NCBI RefSeq assembly: GCF_964204865.1 | Contig: NC_135257.1 | Location: forward strand, 13,206,001 to 13,270,000 | Reading direction: 5' to 3' | Length of the DNA stretch: 64,000 bases | Source: Styela clava | Lineage: Eukaryota | Part shown: piece after piece, positions 35,001 through 47,088 of the stretch | Layout: the number at the start of each line of letters is the position of its first letter | How positions within the stretch are numbered: the first letter of the stretch is position 1 | Notes under the pieces: model-generated | The model's input: the letters and a program-made list of their open reading frames with translations, nothing else | What the model was told of the DNA's origin: nothing | Databases searched by the model: none | Position numbers and translations under genes: made by a program

Positions 35001-37588
35001 TCAGCGTAATTGTGACAGAATCAACGCCACATGCAAAACTTAGAAACTCTGTGAAAACACATAAATCACCTTGGCAGAGGTAACAAAATTTAAATGATTA
35101 AATTTAATTTATAATTCTTGTCTGGATCAGGCCAAAGTGTTTTTTATGTAATGAGGGAGGCCAACACATCAATCACCATGCAGCAGCTAGCTAGGCTCTG
35201 TACAATTGCTCATTTTTAAGTGAGGAGCTGCTATTTATTGATGTATCGGAATTAGCATCACCACCGAATTTATTACACTCTAGGTTAGGTGATGGGCATG
35301 GGATTCAAACCTGTTATTTTTAACCTCACGATGCCAACATAGCCAAACCAAAACTCTAGACCAAGTCTCTGCACTATTATGTTATATAACATTTTTCAAA
35401 TATCCATAAACAACACAACAAGCAGTCATACCAACTGACTCTAGTTCCTGGAGATTCGCTAATTATCTATCCAATTTAAATTAATGACTGGAAATTACTA
35501 TTTCTACAGTCCACAAGTTTCTCCTGCAATAGAACGAAGAGATACGAGAGGTAGTTTATTATCACAAAGTACATACGATTCTGATGATTTGAGAAATGAG
35601 CTCAATTTTAGAACAAATTTGGAAAACCATGCCAACGTGAGTTCTTTTTTATCAACAAGCATTCTAAAATAATTGGCGATTTTTAGCTTCAAACAATTGC
35701 CCAATTGAATAGATCGTGCATATTAATTATGGGCACCTGTGAATAGTGGATTCAGCCTAGAATTTATTTTATAGATGAACGGCCAATATGTGCATCCAGT
35801 CCTTCCAGCGATTGTAAGAGATGGAAAAGATGCGGTATGTAAAAAATGAGTTTTTCCGATCTTCTGTGTTTTGTTGAAGTTTTACTCATTAACAAAGCAT
35901 AAAGTAGTTCTCACTGAAAAGAGAGTGATTTTGTTGGCAGATGTATTTGTGTAAACTACACTATAAGCTGAATGAAGGGTACTCCTGAAGTATGCGTACC
36001 AAGATGGCGGGCACCTGAACGTAGCATGTGTACCAGGTTAGGGTTAGGCCATAATTTTATTGCAATTTTCTTATTTTAGTTCTATTACAAGTTTGGGGAC
36101 TAGCCAAGTGACTCCCGTAGTATTTGTACCTAAAATTATGGCCTAACCCTAACCTGGTACACATACTTCGTTCCGATGTCCACCATCTTGGTTCACATAC
36201 TTCAGGAGTGTCGAATGAAGGACCTAACATAATATATAGTCAGCTTACTTGTAGATTGATTCATTAATACAATTTTGTATCATAAGATTACCAAATGTTA
36301 TAATTATTTAAATTTATTTACCTTGTAAATAAAAATACTAAACAACGTGAATATTCAATTTTATACCTCAAATCCATTTTAAGCTGAATAATTACGAATG
36401 AATTCTGGAATATTTATCTGTTAAATTTAGCTGTTAGCTGGAATATAATATCTTATGAAATAATTTTGTGACTTACCTCCGTAATAATCAGTCAAGATCG
36501 CCAAGAAGAAACACCCCATCACCATATTGCAATTCTGAACCATCAATGTCTGTGAATCATTATCCGATCAAACCACCCACAGTTCCAAGACAGTCGAGAG
36601 GACGAAAACTTTATAGAACCAGTATTGTAATGAATAACTTACATATGGAGAATGGTGCTGAAGTGAAGGGGTATGTTTATTTGAACATTCAAAAAATGAT
36701 AAAATTGTTACATTATAATTAGGTGTTTATTTAATTTTTTGTGCAGTGTATTGGATTTTTATATTTATCCTCGGGAGAGGAGAGCTGATAAGACGGTTTA
36801 ATCTTAGTTTGGGTAGAGTATAATGATACTGTAAGTTACATAATGGATGGTGAAGTAAGTGCTCAAATGAGCTAGTCTGCAACAACTCGTATATTGTAAT
36901 TTATTGAATTTATACTGTGAACCTCTGCATGGCACTCTGTATTGTATTGGAAATCTTATACATGGTGTACAGCACAATCCGCTAACATTGAGTGATTTAA
37001 CTGACATTTGTTTGCAACAATTAGCTTATGTCGTGAATATTGATTGTTATAGCAGTAAGCTGTCCGATCCCTATTAGAAAGCATTCATATACCTATCGGA
37101 AGCATTTTGATAAATTCTACCAATTGTGCTGATATATATGGTACATAATAATTATGAAGCTGATATGCATTGATATAATTGTACATGCCTTGTGCCTTAT
37201 ATTGAAATATGACAGATTGCTGTATTTCAGATATAATTCTGGATGGCAGGAACGAACATTTACCAGACGAATGTCCATGTCTGTGCCAGATAAGAGACGT
37301 CGGAGGCCACAGTCACAATCTTATGGAAATATGTACGACATAAGGCAGAACAGCGGTACTTCAAATGCTTTTCCAATTGATAATGGAATTCAAAAAGAAA
37401 ACTTGATATCAGCTTATTGGAGAAGAAATCACTTTGATACCGATATCGCAATTACAAACTCTTTACATAATAAAATTAAACCCAAAAAGAACAAGGACAA
37501 AAGACTTTCGGTTAATACTAATAAAGTTCCAGCGACACTGCCAGTGAGAATGTTGTATCGGAGACAAAGAAGTCAATCTGCTCTCTGA
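26037..37588 (+). CDS. PPM1E: PP2C-family phosphatase, PPM1E/PPM1F-like, ~14 coding exons
   Basis: Exons start near 26037, 28178, 28645, 29374, 30627, 31757, 32331, 33897, 34372, 35000, 35510, 35775, 36492, 37231. They encode [40 protein letters not shown]...[26 protein letters not shown] and GSSDNITV. The N-terminal PLPFRP...EEIKGDVLD segment is typical of PPM1E/F. Confidence 0.88.
28355..28588. mobile_element. ~230-bp palindromic MITE with GGTTAGGGTTAGG motifs, copy 1
   Basis: ~80-bp TIRs (aagtatgtgaaccaagatggcggacactgaaa..ggttagggttaggccataa and its reverse complement); TTAA on both flanks. Confidence 0.8.
29046..29155. repeat. Intronic ~110-bp inverted repeat (hairpin)
   Basis: tttactactggt...agtaatcagctagcaa-loop-ttgctagctgattact...accagtaataaa. 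Confidence 0.6.
31225..31399. mobile_element. Same MITE family, copy 2 (internally deleted/truncated)
   Basis: Near-identical core to copy 1 (tcaggtacaaatactacggga...gtaatagaac.aaaataaggaaaattggaata). Confidence 0.75.
32710..33774. mobile_element. Non-autonomous hAT (Charlie-like) element
   Basis: Perfect 16-bp TIR CAGTGTTTCCCAACCT ... AGGTTGGGAAACACTG with perfect 8-bp TSD ATATAGAC. Confidence 0.9.
35200..35370 (-). mobile_element. Probable tRNA-derived SINE (degenerate second copy at ~30310-30470, +)
   Basis: Minus strand has A-box-like TGGTCTAGAG and B-box-like GGTTTGAATCCC followed by atgcccatcacc..tgtaataaa; the latter block is shared with 30340-30410. Confidence 0.5.
35978..36212. mobile_element. 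Same MITE family, copy 3 (opposite orientation)
   Basis: Full TIRs; flanked by direct repeat GAATGAAG on both sides. Confidence 0.8.
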
Positions 37589-39206
37589 GCCTGATACCAC
37601 ACACACACACTGAGGTGGTGTGGGCAACCTGCTTAGTGCATGCTCCCATAGCTGAGCACAAGATTTTCTGAACTTCTATATCAAATTTTTTTTAACACTG
37701 ACGAATGGTATCTCTTGTCATGGTATGGATGGGTGAGGCCTGATTCTTTCATTCTGACATATAATCCTTGTTAAGGGGGAGTACAATATGGTATGCCAGA
37801 ACCATTTCCACAATATTTGTATCACATCTGCTTGTTCTGAATCTTCTCTATAAAACTGTTTGTGTGCCTATATTCACAAGGTCACCAAAAGATTATAATT
37901 TTCGCAAGACGTATTGATTTTCGTGTTATTGACTGCAATCACAATATCATAAATTTTAAAAAAAATCGTGAGATTTGAAATTGTGTTTCTTCATAATGTT
38001 GCCAGTGCCTTCCTACCGCAAGTATATTGTGAAAATAACATTGTTGCCTCAAATGATTGCTTGATAGTAGTTTTATATTTATGTAGATTTATTTTTTGTT
38101 ATTGATTAAGTGCTTTATTGCATTACCCAGATGTTTTATCACATTATTGGTTTCATTTTTTCAGTCCAATCGAAATATGAAATGTCATGAAAAATTATTT
38201 GATTACCATTTTTCCTTGTTAAAATAATGTCATCGGAGAAGAGCTGAGAATATTATTTTTAATCAGTTCACACTAGATTTAAAATTATGATATTTATTCA
38301 GATATTTTGAAATTTTCGCCATCAAATATCAATGTCTTTGCTCTGAAAAAATGGGTCTGGTTCTTTCTATTCTTAGTTTTTCATAAGATATGTAGTGCTC
38401 TCATTCACCTTTATCTGTTTTTGTTGTTAGCCTTATTCAAGATAGATATACACTGTAACCAGGTTTTCAATCCCAATAATATCTACTTTTCTTGCTTGAA
38501 GAAAGGTGCAGATTCTGTTTTAATCAGTATGTAAGACAAGTTTGATTATTTTTGTACAATCATTGTTCAGAAATTATTTTTAACAATTATGTATGTTTGA
38601 TATACAAATAAATTAATTAAACAAGTGTTTCAGTTTATCCATTGTGTAACGGTTGCGAGAAATGTCAGAATGTTTAGCTCTAGTATTCCAGATACTAAAA
38701 CCATGGTGTATCCACTGATCTCATATTTGTTTGTTGCGTCTAGGCGAAGTTTTCCTGCTTGTAAAAATTCTCTCCAAAATATGTTGGTTCCTATTAGACA
38801 AAGTGCGTGTTTACCAACCTTTGACCCCAGAATTTGTCTACAATTATGGTAGCTAATTTTTGACTAGTCAATCCGCGACTTCCAGGACCAATCTAAAACC
38901 TTCGTGAGGACTTACTAAATGACCTGCATTTAAGAAACGCCACTAAAAACTGATAAATAGCTTTTAAGATAAGCTAACAATTCACAGCCATGTTTAAAAA
39001 TCTTGAGCAAGAAAAGTGTTCGCTAAAATTCCAATTGGTATTTCACCATGGACATATTACTGATTAGCCAATATTACTGAAAGTTGATGCCAGGGGAAAC
39101 CAAACATATTCGTGCATTTGTATTTTATTCTAAATTTTAATAGAATTTTTTCAAAACAAATGTGATAAATACACATGAATAAACAAATATGATAATACAT
39201 AAGTTT

Positions 39207-40658
39207 TTAGTCTTTTCCGAGCTTTCTTGGTAATGGATTAACCAGAATACTATCAACAAATTCAAAGACAGTGTGAGGATCCTGATCAGCATTAATCCTC
39301 ACTGAACCATCATCTCTATAATATTCAGTCAAATCTTCAGAATACACGTGATAGTCTTCCAGTCTTGAACGAACTGTTTCCTCTTTATCCTTGGGATTTT
39401 GCACACAACGAGCTTTTACATCAGCAGTTCGAGGAGGATTAAAAAGAGTGTGGTATCTTTCACCACTTATCGGATCTGTCAAGCGGTAACACAATCGTTC
39501 TACAATTACGTCATCTGGTATGTCTAAAAAGTATACTCTATTCGGTTTCAAACCACTATCGGTCAAGTTTTCTGCTTGTTCTCTTGTGAGTGGGTAGCCA
39601 TGTAAGACCCAACCTCTTGTAGTAGCATCAAGTTGTGTTAACCTATCAGAAAGTATCTTGCTAACAAGATTGTTTGGAGGTTTTTGTTCTTCTTCGACAT
39701 ATTGCCTGACTGCTTCTCCTAGTCTTGTCTCATCTGCAACTTGCTGTTTAATCAGTAATCCACAAGACACATCAACAATATTATATTTTTGAGCAAGTTG
39801 TGCTGCCACAACACTTTTGCCACTGCCTGTTGGACCAATTAAAACAATCCTTGGTGTATGAGCGGCTTCGGATCGTTGACGAGTATTAATGAAAGAGATT
39901 GCTTGAGCAAGAACATCCACTTTCGGTTGATCAGCATTCAACTTCTTGCAAACTTTTGCGTATGTGTTTGAAATTCCATCAGCATTTCTATTATATTCAT
40001 CTAGCCTTTCTTTTGTGTCTGTCTCTGACATCTTGTCTGGCTCAATCAGTCTGGCTTGAATATTAACATCTTGTGGCCAATCAAAAGTTGTGTGATAAAC
40101 ATCACCAGTTATGGGATCAACTCGTTTACCACCTTGGCGTTCCATTAAAACCACATCAGGTGCATCCAATATGATAGCATGTGTTGGCATTATTCCATAA
40201 CTTTGGAGTGCGTACGCTTGGGATCTATTTCTTGGAAATCCCTCCAAGATAAATCCTCTGCGCAAGCAGTCTTTTCTTTTTACTCTGTCTCTGATCATTT
40301 GAACCCATAATGTGTCTGGAACTGGCTTCTTTTCTGCGAGCAATGCATTTGCCTTCTTGGAATGTTCTGAAAGTTCATCTGACAGTATTTCCTGTTCTGT
40401 TACAAGCACTGAGTTGATTTGCTTGCTTAGAGTTGTACTTATACATGTCTTTCCGCTCCAAGGTGGGCCAACGACCACGATTTTAGTCGTGTCACTGCTG
40501 TCTCTTTTAAGCCAGTCTATCATGAACTGAATGGGATCATCAGGTTTTTCAACTATTACTTGACTGAGAAGGCGTTTGTACATATCGAATATTTCATGTT
40601 CTTCTGCGTACACTCCAAATTCTGGAGGTATTCGTAATGGCTTTTTACTAGTATCCAT
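39207..40658 (-). CDS. AK8: Adenylate kinase 8 (tandem AK domains), single-exon CDS
   Basis: 483 aa; N-terminus MDTSKKPLRIPPEFGVYAEEH...KPDDPIQF (docking-domain-like), two P-loops (GPPWSGKT, GPTGSGKS) and two LID motifs (DPITGDVYH, DPISGERYH). Confidence 0.94.
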   Translation of the reverse strand: MDTSKKPLRIPPEFGVYAEEHEIFDMYKRLLSQVIVEKPDDPIQFMIDWLKRDSSDTTKIVVVGPPWSGKTCISTTLSKQINSVLVTEQEILSDELSEHSKKANALLAEKKPVPDTLWVQMIRDRVKRKDCLRRGFILEGFPRNRSQAYALQSYGIMPTHAIILDAPDVVLMERQGGKRVDPITGDVYHTTFDWPQDVNIQARLIEPDKMSETDTKERLDEYNRNADGISNTYAKVCKKLNADQPKVDVLAQAISFINTRQRSEAAHTPRIVLIGPTGSGKSVVAAQLAQKYNIVDVSCGLLIKQQVADETRLGEAVRQYVEEEQKPPNNLVSKILSDRLTQLDATTRGWVLHGYPLTREQAENLTDSGLKPNRVYFLDIPDDVIVERLCYRLTDPISGERYHTLFNPPRTADVKARCVQNPKDKEETVRSRLEDYHVYSEDLTEYYRDDGSVRINADQDPHTVFEFVDSILVNPLPRKLGKD

Positions 40659-40733
40659 GTTTTGCTGTAGAACAAACTACTACCGTATCGTAATAAAAGA
40701 GCAGTATGAAAAGTTTGGACGATAAACGACGTC

Positions 40734-40748
40734 GTTGTCATGGGAGAC
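40734..40748 (-). promoter_or_regulatory. RFX X-box candidate upstream of AK8
   Basis: GTCTCCCATGACAAC on the minus strand, ~76 nt upstream of the ATG of a motile-cilia gene. Confidence 0.6.
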
Positions 40749-41668
40749 GTTGACTATTTTGGGAGTCGCTTATCAGAAATCCGGTTGAGGTGCCCGAGAA
40801 CGGCAACTTGTTTTACTGTCCTAATGAGAACTGCAACTTGTTTTACCGTCCTAATACGATATTGTCGTCGCATCTCATGTAGATAATAAGAGTTGATTAA
40901 TATGTCAAGCGCCATATACCGTACGTGGCCTCTTCTGTAGAGAGAAATCGGGCCCCTAGTCTTGGTTTTTAGCGCAGTTACACAAGTCGCGTGCTGTCAA
41001 TCAAATGCAGTGTAGTACTGCGGAAGTGTGATTCATTCAGTCACTTACATAGATTGCCAGACATAGGACTCTCGATCATTATAGAAAAGTCAATGCTATT
41101 TATCTGTGGGCCTACGCACAAACAATGTAACAGGCTTTGTTTTATCATTCTACTACACGTGACTCAGGTTGATACTGGTAACCTTTTGAACGATGTGTAT
41201 AGATAATTTTATAAGCAGTACTGGACTCCCACTTATCGCAGGGCGATTAACATGGTCTCCAGTTGATACAGCTTCCTCAACTGACAGAGCCACAGATATG
41301 CAACAAATACCTGGTCAACTATTCACATGTCCAACCTGAACAAGTCTTCTACTACGAAATGACTATGAAAATAGTGTTCAGACCTTTGTGCAAATCAACA
41401 CTTCTAAACAGCCCAATACTCATGAAATACCAATGAAACAGTTTCGCAAAATTTGAACCTTCATCTTTATATGTCAAGAGCAAGTTTTTAAGCAATGTCG
41501 TATATCTAACCGCGCCAAACACTAGAATCCCCAATGGCCAACACAAAACTCCAGATTTAAAAATTCTATTTTATTCTTGATTGTTTTCATTCCCTATACC
41601 ACACACTCCATATATTTCCAACTCTGGCAATGCTTCTGCATGATGCAAAATAGTAAACATGTTAAACT

Positions 41669-44600
41669 TCACCACCCTTCTTTTGGACCACCAGCCCAAT
41701 GTGGAACCTACAAAACAACACATGAATTAAGATAGATAAGAGTCATTATTTCAATCTTTTCTTTAATTGGTGAGAACATTTATGAATCTCCCATCAATCA
41801 GAATTTTCTGAATTAGCGTTTCGTAATTTGATCATGATATACGGTAGTTTACTATGAAGATACCATCAGTCATCACACACTTAAATATCAGAACAGTGGT
41901 ATTCATATTTGTGAGCAATGGATTGGGTTAGATATGGGATTAAATAACTAGAAATTATATGAGGCATCTTGAGATAGCAAAGACTCAAACCTCTCGCACA
42001 TAACTGAGCCTCGTTCGAGATCGAAAACGTAAGTTTAGAAACCTGGGATCATGAGCTAGCGGGAATTCTCTTAGAAATAAAATACTAATATGTAATTACC
42101 GTCTTTGTCATGTAATTGAGTTAAATTTCTTTTAATTGGAGCTTGAACTATTTGACCAAATTTTGCATCAGGCGAGTTAAAATTATCATGCTAGAAACAG
42201 GTATCTATTTATTCGATTTTAAATATCCAAGTTCAAGAATTTGGATAATTGAGAGATTATTTCAATGAGGATTAAGAAGTGTCAATTTGTTTCCTATAAA
42301 GTATCCCAGCATGGAATTGCTGCATCGATTACATGCTCCCAATAAAAACGAAACTAGATTGATATTCAATAATCACTTACTGCACTTTCATTGGAACTTT
42401 TTTCCTTTGTCAGTCTTCTCTCTACATTGGTAGAGAGCATTTGACTTCGAAAAGCCAAATTCTTAGTTTTCTCTATAACCTGGTAACAAGAATGTCGGGT
42501 TTATTGGGCAATTGAAAACACCGATTGTGTCTGTAAGGAGTCCCAACCACTTGTTGAAATTAGTATCAATATAGTGTTTATTCATTTTAATATGCAAATA
42601 AAACAATGAATTTATCAATACGTTTACACATAACTAATAGAAGAATTCTTGCATTTAACATAATTTTGAACCTGCTCATATGGTGACACTGCTTGTGTTC
42701 CCATCATGACATGGCCCAGTTTGGAGTCTATTTTAGCATCCAAGTGAGCATTTCTGATTAGATTCACAATCCATCTCTCTGCATCTTCCGAACTCATGTT
42801 GAGTTTCTCTGCCAGCATATCAATGCTAATGCACTGCGTAGGAAGAAAAAATTTATATTGATTCTACGTATCCAAAAAATGAAAAAAACCAACCATCAGA
42901 TATTAGCACAAGATAATGACTGGGACTTCAAGAATCAATTGAGTTCATGTTTATCACATAAGCTAGGAACTAGTAATAGTCTTTAAGTATGACAATAGTT
43001 AAAACTCCTTAACTCTTAAAAACTTTACATTTTACTCTAAACACCACTGTTCAGTACAGCCAGACTCTTTTAATACTCATTAATAATAGTGTTAGAGCAA
43101 TTAATATGGGGAAGCCAAATAATAAATAACATGAATTATATACCTGATGAATACGGCAAAATGTTTCGAAAATGAACAATCTTGCATTTTCTATGAACTC
43201 ATCAAGACAAGCAATGAGGAAGAAATCGTTTGCCAATACAGTCTCACATTCCCTCAGTTTTTCTTGAGCACGATCAAAATCAAAATGAATGTAAAGACAT
43301 TCAATAAATTCAGTGACTGGGTCACGGTATGTGTAGGTCTCTTGTTGAATTACACGAACAAGATCTTTCAAAACCTAGAAGACGAAGTTTGTTTAACCTA
43401 ACTGCTAACTGTTGGATCTTTTGCACTAATGCAAAAATGTAAGATTTGGAAAACACCACCGCCACATTTTAAGTACTGCAGATTGAGCATTCGCTGTCGA
43501 TAACCCCGACTTCGATAAATTCAGTGCTGGAATCCATCATTAAATAAAAAATATCTAGACACTAATTTTTTTAATTTGAGCAGAGGGGGAGTGTTTTTTT
43601 TTGGCGGGGGCTTTCTAGAAAAAGTCAAAAATATTATAGATTATTTATTTACCTAAAACTACCTATTACTTTACAATCAAATATTAATTGCTCACCTGTC
43701 TTCTCCTTTTACTTGTGATAACTGCTGTTGTGAGATAACGAAGTATCCAGGGACACATGGTTTGAATAGCATTTAAGTAAGGTAGTTGATAGAGAAAAAG
43801 TTCAATGATTTCATCTTTGCCCTTAGCATGATTGAAAAATACAAACAAAGACCAATGGATCAGCCATGTCCTCTGCTGGAGTAGCTGAAACAAAACATAT
43901 GTTTTAAAATTTAAAATACCAAAGTCTGTAAATCCACAGAAATTAATAAATTAAACTTTGAGGTACATTTAAAATATATTCAAAAAATGTTCTCAAAACT
44001 AGAATCCATATTATTGATAAATCTATATATTTGACTATCAGCTCTGTATTTTATGGGTCTTTGAGCCCAACTGTCACATGCAGACGAATTTGCTGCCACC
44101 AGACTTCCACAGCTCTGAGCATGTTTTTACATAAATGAGGTCATGCTAAGAAAAAATAGCCTCCAACTCTAAAATTTCCAACTCTATTATTAAACATCTT
44201 ATCCAATATATACATATAAATATAATATTGATATAAAGATGAGTGAAACTAGCAAATAACTAATGAGTGAAACCTGCAGAGGAGTAGCTATTGTGTTTGC
44301 ATCTATTGTTTCTCGCAATCTATGCAAATCTTCCCAAGCTGTATCCCAATTCTGCATCAATATTTCACTAGCCAGTTTCCCCCACAAAGTATCCATCGCA
44401 TGTTTATCTGTCGGACTTACAAGAACTCTATGAAAATATAGGTATTCAGCAGCACCTGAAAATAATATTAATAGAATTCAGGTACCAAATGGATTGAACA
44501 ACCAACTTTGACTATTAAAATCTCTATAGTCATACCTGAATAGTTACCACATTCATACTGGAACTTGGCATAATCATATAAAGAATCTAAGTCTTCGAGC

Positions 44601-45603
44601 CTAAATGCATGGTTTGTTTCCAGATATTCAAAAAGTTGTTTTCCGTCTCTGACAGTTTCGACCTGTAAAATCAGAGAATGTTGAGAAATGCAGCTTTATC
44701 ATTCAGTTGAACTGTTCATCAAACAAGTACTAGCCGAAACTTTTTAAAAGAGCAAAATACTCACGAACTGGAACTATATGGTAAAATGCTCATATTTTCT
44801 ACATTAAATGAATATTCTGGACAGAAAGTATTGATTTGTATGTTGTTATCAGCATTAGTATAAAATATCAGTCATTTGAATCCAATAATAAGCAGCACCA
44901 ACCTGTTTACTGACTTCCGGGTTATTGAAAATCTCAACGATAGGCATAGTTTTTGTAGTATGAGATTTTAATAAGCCGACAACTTCTAATCTTTTCTCTG
45001 TTAGATGAGCAGGAGCCTCCTTAAAAATAAGAGCATCATTAAATAGAGCACAAATGTACGTATATCAAATACCAACCCCTATTTGACTACACAATCCAAA
45101 AAATGACATCAATATCATGTCACAATCACTTCACGCCTCCAACCGATGAAATGGCATCTGCGCCGACGAAAAAGAACTCACTAAGATCGTTGCGGCGAAA
45201 AAACAAGTGATCGGAGAACATCTGCGCATCTTGGATTACAGTTCGTATAGTTTAAAGGGCCTTAATACATCGTGGTGACATAATTTTTGGATGACACAAT
45301 CAAGTGTGGGTTAGATGGACATAAGCTAAAATTGTTACACCCACTAGAAGTACTCATGTTGGAAACTACACTAGACCCAAATTGAAAGCTATCAGATGCT
45401 ATACTTGCCTCGCCAGGATACAAAGTTTTATAAACATCCACTGCGAAATCCACCATGTTTGTGTTGCTCAGAAGATCAATTTTTCCTTTGTGCAAATCCC
45501 TTTCATCAAATATGTCTCGTTCAGATAAAAATTCCAATAATGGAAACACCAAGTGGCGATCCAAATAACAACCAATTTTTGATGTGAGATCATATTCAGC
45601 CAT
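41669..45603 (-). CDS. EIF3E: Translation initiation factor 3 subunit E (Int-6), 9 coding exons
   Basis: [93 protein letters not shown]. Exons ~45409-45603, 44903-45019, 44536-44662, 44274-44455, 43696-43885, 43144-43374, 42673-42833, 42381-42479, 41669-41707. Confidence 0.96.
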
Positions 45604-47088
45604 TTTAAATTTAATTGGAATAACTATACCTATATAACATAAAGAAAAATTGAACCGTTTTAGTTTCCTAATTGATTTTTTCAAGTGGACTATATTTTAA
45701 TTTAACTAATTGATTATCTTTTTAGAAAGAATTACACTCATTTCCCTTTTCCGAAATGTCTAATTTTAGTCCGTGATCTCAGCTGTCGGAATATCCAAAT
45801 CATTTTCACAAGCCTGCAAACATCTAAACTTTCTCAAATTTGAGCAAATCACTAGTAACGCAACTTGCATGCAGATCGTACAAATGAACTTTAGGATACT
45901 TCTAATTTTATAATATTGATCTATTCATTTAAACGAGAAGTAAACAATCATACGGTGGGTACCCCTGAAATAAAGCACACAAATTCTCCTTTTCCTGTAT
46001 TATAGCCACGCGAGTGTTCGAGTGATGGTGTTGAATGACGTCACTAGGGTTCAAGCATGCCTTGTCAACGCATCCTTTGTGGCCAAAGACATATTTTGTC
46101 TACTTCAAATGGCTAATTCGGTATATAAGGATGATTTTTCATTATTATTATTTGTTTTATCCTATATTCATTTGTTTGTAGACAGCAATAACGCAAATAA
46201 ATAATGCAGTAGTCAAAAATCAAGATCAAGGGGTCAAGGGTCATAGAAACATCACAAATACTTTGATTGTAACCGAAGTGAATATAGTCATTCATTAGTC
46301 TGTCACTTTGATTGTAACCGCCTAGCATCAAATTATGCACTCTTTCCCGATAGGCAGTATTTTTGTTTCCGTAAATCGATTTCTTGCAGAATTCCCACAG
46401 CGAAAAACTATTTAAGCGTTGGTCTAATGACTCTAATTACATAATTAATGATGTTAGACCGCCATATTTCAGAATTTACTTTTTTCTGTTTGTCGCAAAT
46501 TTCTACTTACCTAATTCAAATTCTTTCCCCAACAACTCAAGGTAACAATCCCCAAACTACTCTACTGCTGTTGAAAAGAAGTTTTTCACTTCGAAGCTAG
46601 CTGTATCAGTATCTGAGTATACAGCAGGTTTATTGTCTAAGACTGAAATGATACTGGTATTTAGTTTATATCAGTCCTAACTAATCTTCGATACCGTAGT
46701 CTATTGATTTCAATGAAATTCCCTAAAATCTGACATTCGTTTTAATGAATGCATGTTTGCTAAAATGAATAACGCAATAAATTAGAAGCTATGACAGTAT
46801 GACTATGAGAGATTCATGCTGATGTAAACCAGTTGTGTATAATCATAATTTTTGAACATCAATAATTTTTATATCAAAATATGTAAAACTTCAACTAAAG
46901 TTTGTCAACAATTAGACAATGGTTGTATGAATGACTATTATATCGATATTTAAAAAATATATATATAATTTTCAAATGCTGATTTATTCTAAATATTAAT
47001 TTCGACTAATGTAAAAACTCATCTAGTCAGTGATTTCTCAATGTATTCCAGATGAAAAAACAGTTTGCATTAATTACATAAATAAAAA

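Noticed and set aside
28410-36155. TTAGGG repeats as interstitial telomere or chromosome fusion remnants
   Set aside because: Only about two units each, always embedded in the same MITE arms.
41795-43535. C/D snoRNA candidates in EIF3E introns (~41798-41876, ~42896-42957, ~43480-43531)
   Set aside because: Box-like motifs are present, but I could not identify convincing terminal stems or rRNA/snRNA-complementary guides by eye; an Rfam/snoscan search is needed.
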